Source: Firmicutes bacterium UBA5449 (GTDB taxonomy: Bacteria; Bacillota; SHA-98; UBA4971). Taken from it: a stretch of DNA of 64,000 bases. This document shows positions 57,389-64,000 of the stretch, piece by piece. The stretch is from NCBI GenBank assembly GCA_002424305.1, contig DIQZ01000035.1, positions 226,335 to 290,334 on the forward strand. Reading direction: 5' to 3'. A model generated the notes under the pieces. That model did not search any database. It saw only the letters and a program-made list of their open reading frames with translations, and was not told the DNA's origin. The translations under genes and the position numbers were made by a program. The first letter of the stretch is position 1. The number at the start of each line of letters is the position of its first letter.

Positions 57389-60300
57389 TTAATCCGGAAT
57401 TTCCATAACATTCGTATGTATAGAGCTTGCTATTATACCGGGAATTTTGCCCCTTAAATCAACACGGCCTTCAACTATTATCATAGGTGCAGTAAACATT
57501 GCCCCAATACATTGTTTATATATACTCTCAAACACAGTAACATCAATAAGTCCGGTTTCATCTTCAAGGGCAAAGAACACAACAACCTTACCGCTTTTTG
57601 TCGGGGGTCGGTGTGGCCTTATTACAAGGCCTGCTACCTTCACATATGTTCCAATTGGCATCTCTCGGGCCATAGATGTAGTAATTATGTTATTCTTATT
57701 CAATTGGACGCGTTCTAATTCCATCGGATGCATGTTAGGGTGGAGTCCGAGCATATAAAACTCTCGCTTAAATTTCTCTCTGTCCGAAAAATCTTCTACA
57801 CGTGGCAGGATCATAGAGCCTCGTAATACTTTTGGAACCGCCCACAACATTGCCCTACGGTTACTATGGATATTGTCAAATGCCCCACAGAGTATTAAAT
57901 TCTCGAGAATATCTTGTGGCATAAATGCGCGCGAGACAAAGTCAAAAAGAGAATCATACTCGCAATCCCTACAAGACGTAATTATCTTCCGGGCAAGCTC
58001 CCTTTCCATACCACGAACTCTTTTCAACCCTATACGTATAGCCCCGTCTTCCACTGTAAATTCGTATGCGCTCCGATTTATGTCCACAGGAAGAATCTTG
58101 ACTCCACGCCTCCTTGCTTCAAGACATATAGTATTGGCAGGGTAAAACCCCATGGGTTGATTATTCAGTATGGCTGCATAAAACCGGGCAGGGAAATGCT
58201 TCAAAAGATAAGCCGTCTTATATGAAGTATCAGCAAATGCAGCAGCATGACCCTGACAAAAGCCGTATCCTGCGTACCCTACTATGTATGACAGAATAAT
58301 CTCTGCTACATCACGGGGAACTCCATTCTCAACAGCTTTCTTCACAAACTCCTCACCTATCTCGTCCATTTCCGCGCGGGATCGATGCCGAATCATCACT
58401 TTCCTGAGTCTGTCTGCTTCCCCGGGGGTAAAACCTGCAACTACACTTGCAATCTCTATTACCTGCTCCTGGTAAAGCACTACGCCATAAGTTTCTTTAA
58501 GGATCTTCTCCAACGAAGGATGCACATAAGTGACTTTTTCCAGTCCATGCCTTCTTGCGATAAAAGGTTCTACCATATTGCCTTGAATAGGACCGGGACG
58601 TATAAGAGCGATACTTGCAACTATATCCTCTATATCACTTGCGCCTAAGCGCCCCTGGAGAGCTCGCTGCGCAGGGCTCTCCAATTGAAAGACACCGATT
58701 GTCTCCCCTCTGTTAATCATGTTGTATGTGGCATCATCGTCTAACGGTATATTTTCAAGGTCCACTTCACCTAGAACCAGAGAGTCCTCTATTGCAGAGA
58801 GCATTCGTAAAGATAACAGATCCAGTTTAATAAGGCCGATTTCCTCTACATCATCCTTGTCAAACTGGATAATTACATCGCCGCCGGCTGATGTCTCAAG
58901 AGGAGATACTTCCACAAGAGGGACTCTGCTCACTACTAATCCACCTAAGTGGGTCCCTATGTGACGCGGCACACCTGCCAGAGCGCGGCATATTTCAAAA
59001 AGTCTGGAATACTTAGCAAAGGGAATATCCTTGTTGCAGAGCTCCGGATATTTTTCTATAGCCATTTCAATTTCATCAGCATGGACATGTGGCAGACGTT
59101 TTGCAAGCCTATCTATGTCAATCCGAGAAATACCCATGACTCGTCCTACATCCCGCACAGCTGAACGTGCTTTAAAAGTATTAAATGTACATACAGCAGC
59201 TACATGCTCTACACCATATTTATGCCGGACATATTCCTTTACCCTATCCCTTGCACGAGCATCGAAATCTATATCAATATCCGGTTTTTGTGCCCGTTCA
59301 AGGTTTAAGAACCTCTCGAAAATCAATCCCCGTGCAATAGGATCTACACAGGTTATGAAAAGACAGTAAGCCACTGCTGAATCTGCAGCAGAACCCCTCC
59401 CTGCAAATCTTATCCCTTCACGCTTCGCAAACATCACAATATCCCAAGCTACCAGGAAGTAGTCCTCATATCCAAGCGTGCAAATAATATGGATTTCATG
59501 TTCAAGCCTGGATTTTATCCTAGGAGTGATCTTTCGGTAACGAGACTTGGCACCTTTATATACAAGGTTCTTCAGATATTCGGCTGAAGTTGTACCGCAT
59601 GGCAAGGGAAACTGAGGGAAAAGCCTCCTACCCGGCAAAAGTCCGGATTCACAGCGAACAGCAATCTCCCCTGCCGTCATAATAGCCTCGGGACAAAAAC
59701 GGAATAAATGCTCCATCTCTTCAGTTGATTTCAAATAGTTTTCTGCATTTAATCTACGTTCAGGGTGCACGTCATCAAGCTTTGTAAGTGTCCTTATACA
59801 CGTTAGGACATCATGAATCATAAAGTTTTCTTTCTTCAAGTAATGGACATTATTTGTGGCACAAACGCCAACCCCGACCTTGTTCGCCAGTTCAACAAGG
59901 CGCGATAAGAGCCAAGCATTACCCGGTATGCGAAGGTTTTGAAGTTCGATATAAAACCTATCCATCCCAAAAATATGAGCATATTCTTGGGTAAGCTGAA
60001 GGGCACACCCAAATTTTCTGTCACGGATTAGCATAGGAATTGCGCCATGCATACATCCGGATAAAGCTATGATTCCCTCATTATGTTCTTTTAGGGATTC
60101 AAGACGGACTTTCGGTTGAAGCCTACGCCTTTTAAGTGTCTTCGGCGCCTTCGCTATATTCCTCCACTCTCTTGACATATACGCTTCTGTAAGGATCTGA
60201 GAAATATTTGAATATCCTTTAGGGTTTTCCGCCAGAAGCACAAGATGACTTCCATCCTCAAGTGTTACCTCTGCCCCATGGATGGGTTTTATCCCACATT

Positions 60301-60469
60301 CCTCAGCAACTTTTGTGAATCTTGCGGCTGCAGAAAGATTATTATGATCTGTAATAGCCATAGCACTCATACCAAGCGCTGCAGCGCTTCTGGAAAGCTC
60401 CTCAACACTTGATGCGCCGTCTTGAAAAGAAAAATATGAGTGAACATGAAGGTGGGCGAAGTTTTTCAC
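57389..60469 (-). CDS. dnaE2: Error-prone DNA polymerase DnaE2 (ImuC), a C-family alpha subunit lacking the C-terminal extension
   Basis: The start reads MKNFAHLHVHSYFSFQDGA, a PHP-domain signature, and the RBS AGAGGG precedes the GTG at 60469. Length is about 1027 aa. It is downstream of an imuB-like gene and a LexA box. Confidence 0.8.
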   Translation of the reverse strand: MKNFAHLHVHSYFSFQDGASSVEELSRSAAALGMSAMAITDHNNLSAAARFTKVAEECGIKPIHGAEVTLEDGSHLVLLAENPKGYSNISQILTEAYMSREWRNIAKAPKTLKRRRLQPKVRLESLKEHNEGIIALSGCMHGAIPMLIRDRKFGCALQLTQEYAHIFGMDRFYIELQNLRIPGNAWLLSRLVELANKVGVGVCATNNVHYLKKENFMIHDVLTCIRTLTKLDDVHPERRLNAENYLKSTEEMEHLFRFCPEAIMTAGEIAVRCESGLLPGRRLFPQFPLPCGTTSAEYLKNLVYKGAKSRYRKITPRIKSRLEHEIHIICTLGYEDYFLVAWDIVMFAKREGIRFAGRGSAADSAVAYCLFITCVDPIARGLIFERFLNLERAQKPDIDIDFDARARDRVKEYVRHKYGVEHVAAVCTFNTFKARSAVRDVGRVMGISRIDIDRLAKRLPHVHADEIEMAIEKYPELCNKDIPFAKYSRLFEICRALAGVPRHIGTHLGGLVVSRVPLVEVSPLETSAGGDVIIQFDKDDVEEIGLIKLDLLSLRMLSAIEDSLVLGEVDLENIPLDDDATYNMINRGETIGVFQLESPAQRALQGRLGASDIEDIVASIALIRPGPIQGNMVEPFIARRHGLEKVTYVHPSLEKILKETYGVVLYQEQVIEIASVVAGFTPGEADRLRKVMIRHRSRAEMDEIGEEFVKKAVENGVPRDVAEIILSYIVGYAGYGFCQGHAAAFADTSYKTAYLLKHFPARFYAAILNNQPMGFYPANTICLEARRRGVKILPVDINRSAYEFTVEDGAIRIGLKRVRGMERELARKIITSCRDCEYDSLFDFVSRAFMPQDILENLILCGAFDNIHSNRRAMLWAVPKVLRGSMILPRVEDFSDREKFKREFYMLGLHPNMHPMELERVQLNKNNIITTSMAREMPIGTYVKVAGLVIRPHRPPTKSGKVVVFFALEDETGLIDVTVFESIYKQCIGAMFTAPMIIVEGRVDLRGKIPGIIASSIHTNVMEIPD

Positions 60470-60479
60470 AGTTATCCCT

Positions 60480-60722
60480 CTAATCAAAAACCCTTGTCAA
60501 ATACCAGATGCCGTGTTCATTAAGACAAAGCTCATACACGCCGAAATTATGCGCTAATACCACATAAAAATGAAGCTCACCCCTGTCATCCCACCAATTA
60601 TTGATCTCACACCACTTATCTATAACAGATACCACCTGAAGCCAATTCCCTCTCCAATAAAACCTCTTAGGACTATTACTGTTTTCTGCTATAACACGAA
60701 GTGATTTTTTGACCCTCCTCAC
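60480..60722 (-). CDS. Small hypothetical Trp/aromatic-rich protein (51-80 aa) between imuB and dnaE2
   Basis: The ORF occupies the 200-nt space between the imuB stop and the dnaE2 start. The most likely start is the internal GTG at about 60635, which avoids the 47-nt overlap with imuB. No homology was recognised. Confidence 0.35.
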   Translation of the reverse strand: MRRVKKSLRVIAENSNSPKRFYWRGNWLQVVSVIDKWCEINNWWDDRGELHFYVVLAHNFGVYELCLNEHGIWYLTRVFD

Positions 60723-61977
60723 GAAAGTAACCCTCCAAAGCTAAGAGGAGCTTATCTCTTCTCGCCAATTGCAACTCTCTTCCGGAGAAAACAGTCCCGG
60801 AACCGAACCTCTCTTGAACTTCGCAGAGAACTTTATCCATAACCTTAGCTGAAGCTTGAACCTGATAAGGAGTGAACATATCTATCTGTAAATCTGTCTT
60901 TATAGGAACAAGCCCGTATGCTGTAACAGATATCGCACTTACAGGCTTATTTAAATCCCTGTCTCCAAAGGCTTCTTTTAAAAGGCGTTCACATATCCTA
61001 GGTAGGCCTCCATACATACTTACTCGTTTCGCAAGATGCTTTTTGCGACTAACTATGCTTCCGCAGCTGCATTCTAAAGCCATGTTAATTTCCCCGGCTG
61101 TCATATAGATTGCATCCAGCCTTTTCTCTAACAAAGATGCACCTTCATTTAGGACTGATAATAGGACTTGCCTATCTGAAATCAGCGAATCAAAGGTTTT
61201 CGAGAATTTTATATTATTCCGCGGAAAGACAGGCAATACGCTGGAATAGTCTATACCAAGACTATACTGATGAATGACGTGTCCTATCTGGCCGAACATA
61301 TCAATAAGGACTGATTTTTCCATGCTTTGAATTTCACCTATACACCCTACTCCAAGACGGCAGAGATAGGAAAGGACTTCTACATCCAGAGGCCATAGTA
61401 CGTTTACAGGAAGAGGCGCAAGAAACTCCTTTTCTTTATCTACAACAATATTTGCACCTATGTCTTTCCCACCGTGGGAGGGCATATGCCTCGGAAAGCT
61501 CTGAGCGCTCTTTATCTTAAATCCCGGAAGAATCCCGGATATAATACGGGCTACCAACTTACAGCGGGCAATTCCATATAAAGGTGAAATCCCTGCAATA
61601 CTTTTAACATGCTTAGAAATCTCGCCTAAGGTGTCAAACATGTGAGGATAATTGGGAAGTTCAATAAAAGCTTCATTTTGTTCCAAAGGTTCTACTGCCG
61701 GGCTGTATTCTGCGCATGCCTCCCAAACTTGTTTGGCAAAACCTGCATATCTCTGTAGCACATACTCTATTTCAACAAGATTAGGACACATAATGCGGGC
61801 TTGACGCGAATTCATCCCTTGCCTTACCCCTTTTCCCCTTGCTCCGGGGGATATATCTAAAACCTCCTGTCCTTTCATTACAGCAAAAGCTGCTTCATTA
61901 GAAAGACATTTATCTATTTTCATTTCAACTGCACAATAAAAATTAGGCAACCAAACATGACCCACCGTTTCAGGCAT
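60676..61977 (-). CDS. imuB: ImuB-like Y-family polymerase paralog (catalytically inactive)
   Basis: DinB-like fold (VWLPNFYCAVEM ... SPGARGKGVRQGM), but the catalytic Asp positions are replaced (W-L-P-N where DinB has D-M-D-C). It is the first gene of a LexA-controlled operon with dnaE2. Confidence 0.7.
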   Translation of the reverse strand: MPETVGHVWLPNFYCAVEMKIDKCLSNEAAFAVMKGQEVLDISPGARGKGVRQGMNSRQARIMCPNLVEIEYVLQRYAGFAKQVWEACAEYSPAVEPLEQNEAFIELPNYPHMFDTLGEISKHVKSIAGISPLYGIARCKLVARIISGILPGFKIKSAQSFPRHMPSHGGKDIGANIVVDKEKEFLAPLPVNVLWPLDVEVLSYLCRLGVGCIGEIQSMEKSVLIDMFGQIGHVIHQYSLGIDYSSVLPVFPRNNIKFSKTFDSLISDRQVLLSVLNEGASLLEKRLDAIYMTAGEINMALECSCGSIVSRKKHLAKRVSMYGGLPRICERLLKEAFGDRDLNKPVSAISVTAYGLVPIKTDLQIDMFTPYQVQASAKVMDKVLCEVQERFGSGTVFSGRELQLARRDKLLLALEGYFREEGQKITSCYSRKQ

Positions 61978-62003
61978 TTGAGCTCACCTTTTTAATGTTA
62001 AAT

Positions 62004-62054
62004 AGAACGTGTGTTCGCAACATTATTATATGTTCTTTCTGATTTTCCTGTCAA
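62004..62054 (-). promoter_or_regulatory. Consensus sigma-A promoter (TTGACA-18-TATAAT) with a LexA/Cheo box CGAACACACGTTC at the transcription start of imuB
   Basis: The minus-strand sense reads TTGACA (62054-62049), an 18-nt spacer, TATAAT (62030-62025), then GAAC-N4-GTTC (62016-62005). The ATG at 61977 follows the RBS AAAGGTGAG. Confidence 0.65.
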
Positions 62055-62154
62055 GACAGATAATGGCATAGGAGGATTTAATGGACTGAAAGTGAAATTT
62101 ATCGAGGGCGGAATCAAGCAGTCCAGCAGAATATAAATCAGGAGGCGTATATCA

Positions 62155-63237
62155 ATGGAAATCATCGAACAGATGAGAGAACATGATTACGAGCAAGTTG
62201 TATTCTGTAACCACAAAGCATCCGGACTTCGCGCCATAATTATAATTCACGATACCACACTGGGACCGGCAATCGGCGGCACACGCATGTGGCCATACAT
62301 AACAGAAGAAGAAGCAGTAATTGACGGATTACGCCTTGCCCGCGGCATGACTTACAAATGCGCAGCAGCAGGCCTAAATCTTGGAGGCGGAAAAGCTATA
62401 ATAATCGGCGATTCGCGGAAAGACAAATCTGAAGGGCTTTTTAGAGCATTCGGGAAGTTTGTGGATACATTAGGAGGCAGGTTCATCACAGGTGAAGATG
62501 TAGGCATCAGTCTTGAGGATGTAGATATTATAGGATGTGAAACCCGATGGATCGGAGGGTCATCTGAAAGCAGCGGTGACCCGGGACCTGTTACTGCCCA
62601 CGGAGTTTGGCACGGTTTAAAAGCATGCGCTAAATCAGCGTTTGGAGACGACTCTCTCAAAGGTCTCACCGTCGCAATCCAGGGAATGGGTAATGTCGGA
62701 TACCACCTGGCAAAACACCTCCACCGAGAAGGAGCAGAACTTATCGTAAGCGATATTTTTCCGGACAAAGCAAAAAGAGCGGAAAGAGAATTCCAAGCGA
62801 TAGCTGTAGAGCCGGAAGAAATCTACGGAGTTCCATGTGATATTTTTGCTCCATGTGCCCTCGGTGCCATAATCAATGATGATACTCTGTCACAACTCAA
62901 GTGCAAAGTAGTAGCGGGTTCAGCTAATAACCAATTGAAAGAAGATAAACACGGTGTAGCATTAGAGGATAGAGACATTCTTTACGCTCCGGACTTCATT
63001 ATTAACGCCGGCGGTGTCATCAATGTTGTTGACGGACTTTATGGATATAATCGCGAGCGCGCTATGAAAAAGGCATCAGAAATCTATGACACTATCTTAA
63101 AGGTATTTGAGATTTCAAAGCGAGATAAGATTCCCACCAACGATGCAGCGTTAAGACTTGCTGAAGAGCGAATAGAATTAGTGGCAAAGCTTTCGAGCAG
63201 ATTACGTTCAGGTCCCGGCAAGGGATTCATCATCTAG
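62155..63237 (+). CDS. Leucine dehydrogenase (Glu/Leu/Phe/Val dehydrogenase family)
   Basis: Catalytic Lys region GGGKAII and the NAD-binding [13 protein letters not shown]. 360 aa is typical of LeuDH. RBS AGGAGG. Confidence 0.8.
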   Translation: MEIIEQMREHDYEQVVFCNHKASGLRAIIIIHDTTLGPAIGGTRMWPYITEEEAVIDGLRLARGMTYKCAAAGLNLGGGKAIIIGDSRKDKSEGLFRAFGKFVDTLGGRFITGEDVGISLEDVDIIGCETRWIGGSSESSGDPGPVTAHGVWHGLKACAKSAFGDDSLKGLTVAIQGMGNVGYHLAKHLHREGAELIVSDIFPDKAKRAEREFQAIAVEPEEIYGVPCDIFAPCALGAIINDDTLSQLKCKVVAGSANNQLKEDKHGVALEDRDILYAPDFIINAGGVINVVDGLYGYNRERAMKKASEIYDTILKVFEISKRDKIPTNDAALRLAEERIELVAKLSSRLRSGPGKGFII

Positions 63238-63246
63238 AGATAAAGA

Positions 63247-63275
63247 TAACGGGCGCTCCGTATTATGGAGCGCCC
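63247..63275. terminator. Bidirectional terminator hairpin (AACGGGCGCTCC-GTATTAT-GGAGCGCCCGTT) between bcd and rnpB
   Basis: A perfect 12-bp stem. U-rich on the minus strand (UUAUCUUUAUCUC), and UUAUCC on the plus strand. Confidence 0.55.
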
Positions 63276-63282
63276 GTTATCC

Positions 63283-63688
<406 letters not shown>

Positions 63689-63779
63689 ATTTCTTAATAA
63701 TAGAATACCTAATATCTAGGATTCTATAATATCATTCTATCATTGATTGCTTTTCAGAGTCAAATTTCTGTCTAATCCG

Positions 63780-64000
63780 CTAGTCCTGCTTGTCCAATCC
63801 GGAATCGATACCCATATTAGCAAGCATATCAGCCCGAGCATTCTTCTCACGCCTAATATGCCCTATGGTAAACCCATCGAACTCATCCTTCAGCCTCTGT
63901 ACCTCCATGAAAAGAGGCCTCAGCTTAGGTGATTTGACCGCATATTCGCCTTTTAGCTGTTTAACTACAAGTTCGCTGTCAGCGTAAACACTAATCCTTC
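63780..64000 (-). CDS. RNase H-family protein, C-terminal part (gene continues beyond the window end)
   Basis: The reverse-complement translation reads ...ELVVKQLKGEYAVKSPKLRPLFMEVQRLKDEFDGFTIGHIRREKNARADMLANMGIDSGLDKQD*, an RNase HI-like C-terminal motif (H...N.RAD.LA). The stop is at 63780-63782. Confidence 0.55.
   Translation of the reverse strand, partial: RISVYADSELVVKQLKGEYAVKSPKLRPLFMEVQRLKDEFDGFTIGHIRREKNARADMLANMGIDSGLDKQD

Overview
This 64 kb window reads as chromosomal DNA from an anaerobic, endospore-forming Firmicute of the Clostridia type. GC content is about 48 percent, genes are densely packed, and most lie on the minus strand. The inferences about lineage rest on several markers. 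Sporulation genes present are ylbJ, spo0A, sleB-ypeB, spoIID and oppABCDF. The conserved Firmicute neighbourhoods rsmD-coaD-ylbJ and yloU-yloV/rpmB are intact. The RNase P RNA is type A. All calls are by eye from the translations and sequence motifs; no searches were run.

Main content, in order along the window:
- ileS with a T-box leader.
- An [FeFe] hydrogenase operon hydC-hydB-hydA. HydB is fused at its C-terminus to a GltD/NfnB-like NADPH/FAD module. The operon sits behind a consensus sigma-54 promoter, and an adjacent sigma-54 activator carries an N-terminal 2x[4Fe-4S] ferredoxin domain.
- A pair of heterodimeric ABC exporters.
- pdaD-speB for putrescine synthesis, then trkH.
- tRNA-Arg(CCG) and spo0A.
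- sleB-ypeB, nif3 and htrA.
- A cobalamin-riboswitch-controlled btuFCD-cobO operon.
- A split feoA-feoB, then nhaC and class I fumarase (two subunits).
- A DUF4340/GldG-like/ABC-2 transporter cluster, then spoIID.
- A degraded beta-lactamase-like pseudogene.
- oppABCDF.
- An SOS-regulated imuB / small ORF / dnaE2 mutagenesis cassette, with a consensus promoter and LexA (Cheo) box.
- Leucine dehydrogenase.
- RNase P RNA (rnpB) on the minus strand.

The most unusual points are the HydB-GltD fusion under sigma-54 control, an unclassified GC-rich structured non-coding region upstream of the ileS leader, the ImuA-less mutasome cassette with a small tryptophan-rich ORF, and the split FeoAB.
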